Positions 8,655 to 16,937 of a stretch of 32,000 nt of DNA are shown here, one piece after another. The position numbers and the translations under genes are program-made. Numbering within the stretch: position 1 is the stretch's first letter; each line of letters begins with the position of its first letter. Below the pieces are notes generated by a model. It did not search any database, was not told the DNA's origin, and saw only the letters and a list, made by a program, of their open reading frames with translations. The stretch spans positions 120,001 through 152,000 of the forward strand of contig NZ_CP076228.1 in assembly GCF_021378375.1 (NCBI RefSeq), read 5' to 3'. The DNA is from Wolbachia endosymbiont of Drosophila innubila (GTDB lineage: Bacteria > Pseudomonadota > Alphaproteobacteria > Rickettsiales > Anaplasmataceae).

Positions 8655-9827
8655 ATGAATTTATATAAAAATTTAGTAACCAGTGAATCAGTGGCGGCTG
8701 GTCATCCAGATAAAGTAGCAGATCAAATTTCAGATGCAATACTTGATGAGTACCTTTTTACTGATCCTTTTGCGCGAGCTGCAATAGAGACTTTAGTCAC
8801 CAAAGATAACGTTATTATAGCTGGGGAAGTGTTTAGGCCTAACATCAAAAATAGCAGGATTGAAAGTATTGTACGGAATACAATAAAAGATATTGGTTAC
8901 AAGCACGATGGGTTCCACTGGAGAAAAGTGAAAGTAAATATATTGCTGCATGAGCAATCAAATGACATTGCAATAGGGTTGGATCAAGGTGCTGGAGATC
9001 AGGGCATAATGTATGGCTATGCAACAACAGAGACAGAAAACCTTATGCCGGCACCCATTTTTTATGCACACTCGATTCTGAAAAATATCATGAGCGCAGT
9101 TAAAGAAGCAAAACTTGGTCCAGATGCAAAGTCACAAATCACTTTGGCATATGAGAATAACCTCCCGGTACGTGCTGAAAGTATTATTGTCTCAATACAG
9201 CACCCTGAGGATTTGGATCAATCAAAAGTAAAAGAAATAATTTACCCTTACATAGTTTCATCTTTACCTGAAGGATGGATGTGTCCTGAGGAAAATCTCT
9301 TAGTCAATCCAACTGGTAGATTTGTTATTGGTGGACCGGTTAGTGATTGTGGATTAACCGGACGAAAAATTATGGTTGATACTTATGGAGGTTATATTCC
9401 ACACGGTGGAGGAGCGTTTTCCGGAAAAGATGCAACCAAAGTTGATAGATCTGCGGCTTATATGGCAAGATATCTTGCTAAAAATATTGTCTTTGCAGGT
9501 TTGGCTGAACGTTGTCTTGTGCAGCTTTCTTATGCAATTGGTGTATCAAAACCTACTTCATTCTATATTGATACATTTGGTGCGAATAAGGTAGAGGAAA
9601 GAGTAATTAAAAAGTTTATCGAGAATAATATAGATTTATCAACAAAAGGCATAATCAAGCATTTATCGCTTAATCATCCTATATATAAACGTACAGCCTG
9701 TTATGGACATTTTGGTAAAGAGTCAGAAAGTGACGGTGGATTTTCTTGGGAAAGCATAAACTTGTCTGCTGATCTTCGTAGAGAATTCAATATAGAAGGT
9801 AATAGTAAAATTTCTTTAGATTGCTAA
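8655..9827 (+). CDS. metK: S-adenosylmethionine synthetase
   Basis: FTSESVAAGHPDKVADQISDA-type start, GAGDQGIMYGYA, GGPVSDCGLTGRKIMVDTYGG, GGGAFSGKDATKVDRSAAY. Confidence 0.98.
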   Translation: MNLYKNLVTSESVAAGHPDKVADQISDAILDEYLFTDPFARAAIETLVTKDNVIIAGEVFRPNIKNSRIESIVRNTIKDIGYKHDGFHWRKVKVNILLHEQSNDIAIGLDQGAGDQGIMYGYATTETENLMPAPIFYAHSILKNIMSAVKEAKLGPDAKSQITLAYENNLPVRAESIIVSIQHPEDLDQSKVKEIIYPYIVSSLPEGWMCPEENLLVNPTGRFVIGGPVSDCGLTGRKIMVDTYGGYIPHGGGAFSGKDATKVDRSAAYMARYLAKNIVFAGLAERCLVQLSYAIGVSKPTSFYIDTFGANKVEERVIKKFIENNIDLSTKGIIKHLSLNHPIYKRTACYGHFGKESESDGGFSWESINLSADLRREFNIEGNSKISLDC

Positions 9828-10020
9828 AATTTTTGATTTACAGCCCCATATTTATATACTAGCTTATTGTTAAAGCATAGCACGCTTTTTCATAATAATT
9901 ATACCATATTAGTAATAATTTTTATATTCAATTTTTATTGTGAGGCTTATAAAGTGTATAACGAAATAGAAGGAGAACTGTACAACGTAATTGTAAGAGG
10001 TTGTCCGGAAACAAGTAAAT

Positions 10021-10332
10021 TCAAGCATATTCCCTCTTTAACATAACCCTACTCATAGCTAGGTATATGAAATTCTCAGTGGATGTTGTGAGTAAATCAT
10101 ACTCCTTCGATAGCCTTCTATTCCTATTAACCCAAGCAAAAGTCCTTTCTACAACCCATCTTCTTGGCTGTACTTTAAACCCTTGTTCTCTTGTTGGTAG
10201 TAGCTCAGGTGGCGTATCTTTGTGCACCCAAAATCTACATGGAGGCCTTTTAACAATTTCAATATCTATGTCATATTCTTCCTTTATGTGATTCTTTAAA
10301 TTTCTTCCTTGGTATCCCATGTCAGCCCACAT
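10021..10332 (-). pseudogene. Transposase fragment (C-terminal), IS5-like DDE domain
   Basis: WADMGYQGRNLKNHIKEEY...VERTFAWVNRNRRLSKEYDLLTTSTENFIYLAMSRVMLKR. Confidence 0.9.
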
Positions 10333-10487
10333 TTTTTAACTTTAGTATATTTTGTTCTCATATTGTTTAATGCTATTTTAATACCATCTCTATCATTTTC
10401 GTTAGCAGCGCCTACGTAACAACCTAGTATAAAACCCTGAGTGTCTGTAATTATATGCCTTTTTCTACCCTTTACTTTTTACTTCCA

Positions 10488-10712
10488 TCATAGCCTTTGA
10501 TCCCCCTTTTCTGTAGTCTTTACAGATTGACTATCTACTATACAGGCACTCGGCTGCTCATTCTTTCCTATTTTTCTTCTACTATATTTTGTAATTTCAT
10601 AATTCATTTTCTCAAAAATTCCCTGCTTCTTCCATTGCCTGAACTGCTCATACACAGTCTTCCATAGCGGAAAATCATTTGGTAAATACCGCCATTGACA
10701 CCCTGTACGCAA
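10488..10712 (-). pseudogene. Transposase fragment (N-terminal/central), IS5-like
   Basis: MRTGCQWRYLPNDFPLWKTVYEQF..., preceded in a different frame by MRKKYPTDLSEREWARIEKHFRVSYKKGGRLPKYSKK from ATG at 10849. Confidence 0.9.
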
Positions 10713-11596
10713 TACATAGAAAATTGCTTCTAATATTTCTTTTTGCTATACTTTGGCAGCCTTCCTCCTTTCTTGTATGATACTCTGAAGTGTTTTTCTA
10801 TTCTTGCCCATTCCCTTTCGCTTAGATCTGTTGGATACTTTTTTCTCATCTTTACCCCGTACTAAAATTTCAGATATTATAGCCTTTTACTTGTTTCCGG
10901 ACAACCTCTAAAAGAGTTTTCTGATCTTATTGATAAAATAAAAGAACACCCTTTTAATGTTGAATTGATAAATAATACATTAGATTATGAAAAATTCAAA
11001 TTCTACCTTCAGCAGGATTTTCTGTATTGTATAGATTGCGCTCGTGCTTTTTTAATTGTTGCAGCTAGAGTTGATGATATTGAAATGATGAGTAGTTTAA
11101 TCAATTTGGCACAAGGAGCATTTTATGTTCGAGAACAGTATAAAAAATATTTTGAAGATTGTGATCTATCTGATGATCACAAAAAGTCAAGAGCTTGTTC
11201 TGCCTTTACTGACTTTTTCATGAGTGCCGCATATCACAATTCTGTTAATGAAGCTTTAGTAGCATCTTATTCTTGCTTTAACATATACCAAATCGTTATA
11301 CGCCATATGGTAAATGAGATAACAACTAAAGGGGTTAAAAATAACAAATACAAAGAGTGGATCAACATTTATAGTAGCGAAACAGTAAATGCTGTAATTG
11401 ATGAGGTTACTGATATTACAAATAAGCTATATAAAAAAGCTAGTGACTGTGAAAAAAAGAGGATGTATGAGTTTTTTAAGAAAGGGCTGGAATTAGAAAT
11501 AATGTTTTGGGATGAGGCATATTACTCTAATATATCTAGCAAAGAATATTAGCAGCGGATTATTTACGTTAACTTGATCTTTTATCGGTAACTACA

Positions 11597-12256
11597 GTGT
11601 TCAGTGGCATAATTAGGAGCTGTTACGGGTCAAATCTTTTAAAGGATATAATTGAGCATCCTTTTAATGTTGAGTTAGCGAATAACACCCTAAATATAGA
11701 GAACTTCAAATTCTATGCTCAACAAAAGACGTTGTTCTTAGGTGATTATATTCGTACCACCTTAATTACTGCATCCAAAATGGAAGATTATAGTAGTATT
11801 ATCTCGCTTGCTGAAGTAGCCCAAAGAGTAGTGACTGTTAATAGAATGCTATATGACTACTACTTTACTATGTACGGTATAAGTCGCGAAAAGAAATCTC
11901 TTGAGTGTTTTAATTTCACTAATTTTCTTTTATCCATCTCGCATAGTAATACCTATGAGGCTATGACGGTTTTGTATTCTTGCATGTTTATATACGAGAC
12001 TGTCGTTGATAGCATGAAAAATAGATTCAAGAAAAATAATAGATATAGGGATTGGTTTAATTTTTGTTACAGTGATTCAGTAAAGTCTGGATGCATTATT
12101 TTGGAAAATATTGTTGATGGATATTGCAGCAGAGCAAGAGAAAACGAAAAGAGCAGAATGCTTGAGTTGTTTAGAATAACTGCACAATTTGTGTTAGATT
12201 TTTTGAACGGTGCATATAATTTTTCAAGATTCAATCAATTTCCTAAGGAACATTGA
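11597..12256 (+). CDS. Diverged TenA/thiaminase II family paralogue
   Basis: IIEHPFNVELANNTLNIENFKFYAQQKTLFLGDYIRTTLITASK... is collinear with the upstream copy; GTG start. Confidence 0.75.
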   Translation: MFSGIIRSCYGSNLLKDIIEHPFNVELANNTLNIENFKFYAQQKTLFLGDYIRTTLITASKMEDYSSIISLAEVAQRVVTVNRMLYDYYFTMYGISREKKSLECFNFTNFLLSISHSNTYEAMTVLYSCMFIYETVVDSMKNRFKKNNRYRDWFNFCYSDSVKSGCIILENIVDGYCSRARENEKSRMLELFRITAQFVLDFLNGAYNFSRFNQFPKEH

Positions 12257-12303
12257 CAATTTTAAGCTAATTTGTATCCTTAATAAGTATTTTTTAAAAT
12301 GCT

Positions 12304-13131
12304 ATGAAAAGTAAAGAACATGATTTTCATTTAGTGGATCCAAGCCCTTGGCCAATTGCTGTATCAGCAGCAATTCTTATTCTTGCACTTGGATTAGTTG
12401 GCGCGCTTCATAAACAAATTGTCGGAATGTTTTGTTTAGTTTTGGGAATCTCCGCAGTATCAGGGGTGCTGTTTTATTGGTGGAGAGATGTAATAAGGGA
12501 GGCCATTTATGACAAATGTCACACTGCCATTGTAAAACATGGACTCAAATTTGCAATGTACTTGTTTATTCTCTCGGAGGTCGTATTTTTTATAGTGTTC
12601 TTTTGTTCATTCTTTAAAGCCTGGCTTGATCCAGTTTTTTTATTTGAGGCGTTTTCTCCTGCAAAAAAAGTTGAATGGCCCCCTGAGGGAATTTTGCCAC
12701 CTGATCCGTGGTCACTACCATTCATGAATACATTAATATTATTGCTTTCTGGTACAACAATTACTTGGGCAAATCACTCTTTACTTAAAAATGATAAAAA
12801 GAGCATGATTAAAATGCTGTCCATAACTATATTGCTTGGAGTTTTTTTTATAATAGTGCAAGCAATAGAGTATCATGAAGCGAGTTTTTCTCTACAAGAA
12901 ACAGGAGAAAAGCTTATTTATACATCCAATTTTTATATGATTACCGGTTTTCACTGCGCACACGTTATAATAGGAATAATATTTTTATCAGTGTGTTTAT
13001 TTAGAGCACGGAAAGGCCAATTTACACTTCAGGACCATTTGTGCTTTGAGTTTGCCTCCTGGTATTGGCACTTTGTAGATGTAGTCTGGATATTTTTATT
13101 TTTGTTTATCTATTGGTTAAGCGTTTATTAA
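12304..13131 (+). CDS. coxC: Cytochrome c oxidase subunit III
   Basis: HDFHLVDPSPWPI, WWRDVIREA, FFCSFFKAWLDP, WPPEGI, LLSGTTITWANHSL, GFHCAHVIIG, YWHFVDVVWIFLF. Confidence 0.97.
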   Translation: MKSKEHDFHLVDPSPWPIAVSAAILILALGLVGALHKQIVGMFCLVLGISAVSGVLFYWWRDVIREAIYDKCHTAIVKHGLKFAMYLFILSEVVFFIVFFCSFFKAWLDPVFLFEAFSPAKKVEWPPEGILPPDPWSLPFMNTLILLLSGTTITWANHSLLKNDKKSMIKMLSITILLGVFFIIVQAIEYHEASFSLQETGEKLIYTSNFYMITGFHCAHVIIGIIFLSVCLFRARKGQFTLQDHLCFEFASWYWHFVDVVWIFLFLFIYWLSVY

Positions 13132-13620
13132 GTGGTTAAAATAATAGGTCTAGATCCAGGAATAAGCAAGACTGGGTGGGCCATTATCAGCCTGAACGAA
13201 AAAAATAATATTGAATTTTTGGGCGGCGGTACCATATCAACTGATGGTAAATTGGGTACAGGTGAACGCCTACATATAATTTTTGAACAATTAAAGAAAG
13301 TAATTTCCCTATACTCTCCGAATGAAGCTGCGGTGGAGAAAATTTTTGTTAATAAAAATCCTAAATCTTCACTAACTTTAGGATATGCAAGAGGGGTTGT
13401 AATTTTAGCGTTAAAAATAACAAAGCTAACTATGAATGAATATGATGCAAACTATGTAAAAAAAAGCATTACCGGAAATGGCCATGCTGATAAGGATCAG
13501 ATTATATTTATGGTGAAGCAAATAGTTAAAAATTTGAGTATAAAATGCCACCATGCTGCTGACGCTCTTGCTGTAGCAATTTGTCATGCTTATACGAAAG
13601 GTTCTTGTTTTGTTGAGTAA
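13132..13620 (+). CDS. ruvC: Holliday junction endodeoxyribonuclease RuvC
   Basis: IIGLDPGISKTGWAII, VEKIFVNKNPKSSLTLGYARGVV, HHAADALAVAICHA. GTG start immediately after the coxC stop. Confidence 0.95.
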   Translation: MVKIIGLDPGISKTGWAIISLNEKNNIEFLGGGTISTDGKLGTGERLHIIFEQLKKVISLYSPNEAAVEKIFVNKNPKSSLTLGYARGVVILALKITKLTMNEYDANYVKKSITGNGHADKDQIIFMVKQIVKNLSIKCHHAADALAVAICHAYTKGSCFVE

Positions 13621-13646
13621 CTTTTATATGGGATTCAGTTTGAAGA

Positions 13647-13662
13647 TTTCCAGATCTGGAAA
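13647..13662. terminator. 16-bp perfect palindrome TTTCCAGATCTGGAAA between convergent ruvC and ruvX; possible weak bidirectional terminator
   Basis: Exact palindrome read in the 44-bp gap; stem of only 6 bp with a GATC loop. Confidence 0.25.
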
Positions 13663-13664
13663 AA

Positions 13665-14132
13665 CTATTTGATTGTATTTATCTTGTCTAACGTTCGTTG
13701 CAAAATAATACATGCGGAGATTTTATCATCTATTTTTTTCGATTTTGTGATTGATATTCCAGTAATTTTTAGTGTATGAGTTGCGATAGATGTTGAGAAG
13801 CTTTCGTCTTGTAAGTATATATTTACTTTATATTTTTTTATTATTTTATTTGCGAATTGGATTATAGTTTTACACCATTTAGTTTCTTGCTCGTCCATTT
13901 TTAATGGTAGTCCTATTACCATTGATCCAGATTCATTTTCTTTGAATATTCTATGCAGATAACCTAAATCTTTGCTCATATTTTTTCTGTGATATATGCT
14001 ATGAGCTGTGGCTATGAGCTGTGTTTTATCGCTAAATGCTATGCCTATTTGCTTTTCTCCCATGTCAAGGCACATTATGCGCTTATCTTTTGGAATAGAC
14101 TTTAGAAATTCATCTGGATTTCTATGTAGCAT
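13665..14132 (-). CDS. ruvX: Putative pre-16S rRNA nuclease / Holliday junction resolvase-like YqgF (RuvX)
   Basis: RIMCLDMGEKQIGIAFSD, MVIGLPLKMDEQETKW, VYLQDESFSTSIA, DKKIDDKISACIILQ. Confidence 0.9.
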   Translation of the reverse strand: MLHRNPDEFLKSIPKDKRIMCLDMGEKQIGIAFSDKTQLIATAHSIYHRKNMSKDLGYLHRIFKENESGSMVIGLPLKMDEQETKWCKTIIQFANKIIKKYKVNIYLQDESFSTSIATHTLKITGISITKSKKIDDKISACIILQRTLDKINTIK

Positions 14133-14233
14133 CTATTAGACTTCCTTTAAAGTGACCTTACCAAAAAAGTGGAGAGAAAGTTAAGAAAATTTTTTACAAA
14201 AAGAATAATGAATCAAATTGCTCAGGAATGCAA

Positions 14234-15260
14234 TAGACTTCTTGCATAACCCAAACTAAGTAGAAAAAAGGTATCATCTAAGTAGCTGACACTGGTTTCC
14301 ATCCAAAAGGGCAGTGCCCCTATGATGTCATTCCAGTGCTTGACACTGGAATCCAGACTTTAATTGTTATACTTGTAAATAAGTCTGGTGAGAATAGACG
14401 TTCATCTCAAAATGCAGTATTTTTGTTGAAATAGCTCAACTGGATTCCAGCGTCACGCGCTGAAATGACACCTTTGTGTTTGCATAGCTGTACGAACATT
14501 GTGATTTGAGAGCAATCTCCACAAGGGAGGATGTCATTCCAGTGCCCAGACACTGGAATCCAGGAAAAAGAATGGTGTCATCCAAGTAGCTGACACTGGG
14601 ATCCAGAAGACTTAATTTCAACCAAATAATAAAGGCTGGATCCCAGTGCTTGGCACTGGAATGACAGCAATCCTACGTCATACCGCAATTCATTCGCGGT
14701 ATCTCGGCCGCTAACAAGTAGCGGGATGACGGTTATCGTTTAGCTACAAACATTAAGAAAATTTACCAAACGAAAAAAAAGGCAAAAGAAGCCCCGTGGT
14801 TGGCTAATTACTTACATTATACTTTCAAGTATGGCGTTTTTTTATTCTAAACACTTAATAACCGCGATTCAGTTGCTTTTAAACCGCAACTAATCTAAAT
14901 TATAAACGTTAAGAAATTTACTAAACAGAAAAAAAGGCAAAAGAAACCCTAGGGTAGCTAGTTATTCACTATCCATTTTTTAAGTTGGCGTTTTTTTTAT
15001 GTTTTAAACGCTTTATAAGCGCGTTTCAGCTTATGTAGGTAGAAGTTTGATAAAGACATAAGGTGCACATAGTGCAAAAAATTAAACATGAGACGCCAGA
15101 TACGTGAGTTTTTTTGTCATTTAATCTGTACAGAGAAGATAAATAAATAGCTTCAATTTTATGATAAGAGAGCTGGCGAAGCTTGTCAAGTAATCTTTTG
15201 CATTTAACCCGTTTCTATGGGTAAAACAATCTGCATACCACTTAGCTAACATGAGTTTTG
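14234..15260. repeat. Composite intergenic repeat region, inverted relative to 6.8-7.8 kb
   Basis: TAGACTTCTTGCATAACC at 14234..14251; several 'CCAGTGCTTGACACTGGAATCCAG' units; segments such as ATGATAAGAGAGCTGGCGAAGCTTGTCAAG (~15160-15190) match the reverse complement of ~6860-6890. Confidence 0.6.
14677..14730. repeat. Palindromic REP-like unit, inverted relative to 7326
   Basis: GTCATACCGCAATTCATTCGCGGTATCTCGGCCGCTAACAAGTAGCGGGATGAC. Confidence 0.75.
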
Positions 15261-15317
15261 TTTTGACTTTTTGTGCTAATTTTGCAGAATATTAAGATTA
15301 TCATTTAAATAAAATAC

Positions 15318-16742
15318 ATGACGAAAGAGGATTGGGAAGCGGTAATTGGGCTTGAGGTGCATGCTCAAGTTTCTTCTAATACGAAGCTATTTTCTAGCTC
15401 ATCAACGGAATTTGGTGCTGAGCATAACACTCAAGTTTCTCTAGTTGATGCGGCAATGCCAGGTACGCTGCCAATACTAAATTATTACTGCATAGAGCAA
15501 GCAATACGCACTGGTCTTGCACTTTCTGCAGAAATTAATAAGTATTCTTACTTTGATCGGAAAAATTATTTTTATCCTGATTTACCGCAAGGTTACCAGA
15601 TAACCCAGTTTTTTGAGCCAATAGTTAAAAATGGTAGAGTATTTATCAACGACAATGAAAAGGAAATAAGAATTGCGAGAATTCATTTAGAGCAAGATGC
15701 AGGAAAGAGCGTTCATGAGGAAAGCAAAACTTATGTAGATTTAAATCGTGCAGGGGTTGCTTTAATGGAAATTATTTCAGAACCAGATCTCCGTTCATCT
15801 GCGGAAGCTGCAGAATGCATGAAAAAATTGAGGCAGATTTTGCGTTACATTGGTTCGTGTGATGGTGATATGGAAAAGGGATCACTTCGTTGTGATGCAA
15901 ATGTTTCTGTCCGCCTAAAAGGCAGTAGTACATTTGGCACTCGTTGTGAAATAAAAAATCTGAACTCGATACGTTATATTGTGCAAGCTATAGACTATGA
16001 AATACAAAGACAAATTGAAATTTTAGAAAGTGGAGAAGAAATAAGTCAAGATACCTTATTGTTTGACGTTGCTTCGGGAAAAACAAAAGTGATGAGAAGC
16101 AAAGAGGATGCAAGCGATTATAGATACTTCCCTGAGCCTGATTTATTACCTGTTGAGGTAAGCCAGGATAAAATTGATTTAATTCAATCATCTTTGCCCG
16201 AGTTGCCAGATCAAAAAAAGCTGCGATACATTGAGGAATTGGGTATCAATGAATACGATGCAAACGTCATTACCTCCGATAAAGCAATTGCTGATTATTT
16301 TGAGGAATTGATAAAAAAACATGATTCAAAGCTCGCCGTTACCTGGTTAACCGTAGAGCTTTTTGGTCGTTTGAATAAAGCAGGTATTGATATTGTGAGC
16401 TCCCCAATCAAAGCAAATGCTTTGTCCGAACTCTTAGATTTTATCGTTGATGGAACAATCTCTGCTAAACTTGGCAAGCAGGTATTCGATAGTATGTTTG
16501 AAACTGGCAAACCTGCATCTTTAATTATAGAAGAGCAAGGCCTAAAACAAATAACCGATAGAGGTCAAATATCAGAAGTTATCGACAAAATCATCAATAA
16601 CAACCAAGATAAAGTTCAAGAATACAAAAGCGGTAAAACAAAGTTATACGGATTCTTTGTCGGCGAAGTTATGAAACTTACCAAGGGAAAAGCCAGCCCT
16701 GATGTCGTGAATTCAATTTTGAGTGAAAGATTAAGTAATTAG
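15318..16742 (+). CDS. gatB: Aspartyl/glutamyl-tRNA(Asn/Gln) amidotransferase subunit B
   Basis: [71 protein letters not shown]. Confidence 0.97.
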   Translation: MTKEDWEAVIGLEVHAQVSSNTKLFSSSSTEFGAEHNTQVSLVDAAMPGTLPILNYYCIEQAIRTGLALSAEINKYSYFDRKNYFYPDLPQGYQITQFFEPIVKNGRVFINDNEKEIRIARIHLEQDAGKSVHEESKTYVDLNRAGVALMEIISEPDLRSSAEAAECMKKLRQILRYIGSCDGDMEKGSLRCDANVSVRLKGSSTFGTRCEIKNLNSIRYIVQAIDYEIQRQIEILESGEEISQDTLLFDVASGKTKVMRSKEDASDYRYFPEPDLLPVEVSQDKIDLIQSSLPELPDQKKLRYIEELGINEYDANVITSDKAIADYFEELIKKHDSKLAVTWLTVELFGRLNKAGIDIVSSPIKANALSELLDFIVDGTISAKLGKQVFDSMFETGKPASLIIEEQGLKQITDRGQISEVIDKIINNNQDKVQEYKSGKTKLYGFFVGEVMKLTKGKASPDVVNSILSERLSN

Positions 16743-16937
16743 TCACATTTTTTTATTTACATAACAGCACATCTCGTAGATATTCTCAGATTTACGCTAC
16801 GATATCTGTATATCATGACATATAACTTTTTTACCATTTGTTGGTACTATTTTTAAAATTATGTGAGGTTGAGGATGCTTGAAGATCATCCTGTTTAGGG
16901 GGCAAAATGTTCTCGCCATGGTATTGACTATCAAGAG

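Larger units (their letters stand above)
9997..10908 (-). mobile_element. IS5-family-like insertion sequence (about 912 bp) with degenerate transposase
   Basis: Terminal inverted repeats GAGGTTGTCCGGAAACAAGTAAA (left 9997..10019) and its reverse complement ending at 10908; flanking TAA at 9994..9996 and 10909..10911. Interior encodes IS5-type transposase fragments (RTGCQWRYLPNDFPLWKTVYEQFRQWKKQG; WADMGYQG; VERTFAWVNRNRRLSKEYD). Confidence 0.93.
9954..11552 (+). pseudogene. TenA/thiaminase II family gene interrupted by the IS; intact portion after the IS is 10912..11552
   Basis: Removing 9997..10908 and one TAA copy gives GTG TAT AAC GAA ATA GAA GGA GAA CTG TAC AAC GTA ATT GTA AAA GAG TTT TCT GAT ... 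continuing in frame to stop at 11552: VYNEIEGELYNVIVKEFSDLIDKIKEHPFNVELINNTLDYEKFKFYLQQDFLYCIDCARAFL...; matches the TenA HPF.qel..GtL....FkyYl.QD..Yl pattern. Confidence 0.85.

Noticed and set aside
9376-9594. Plus-strand ORF overlapping metK in another frame
   Set aside because: Entirely inside a highly conserved metK reading frame; no family features.
14436-14621. 61-aa minus-strand ORF in the 14-kb repeat region
   Set aside because: Made from palindromic intergenic repeats ('CCAGTG...CACTGG'); codes for low-information sequence.
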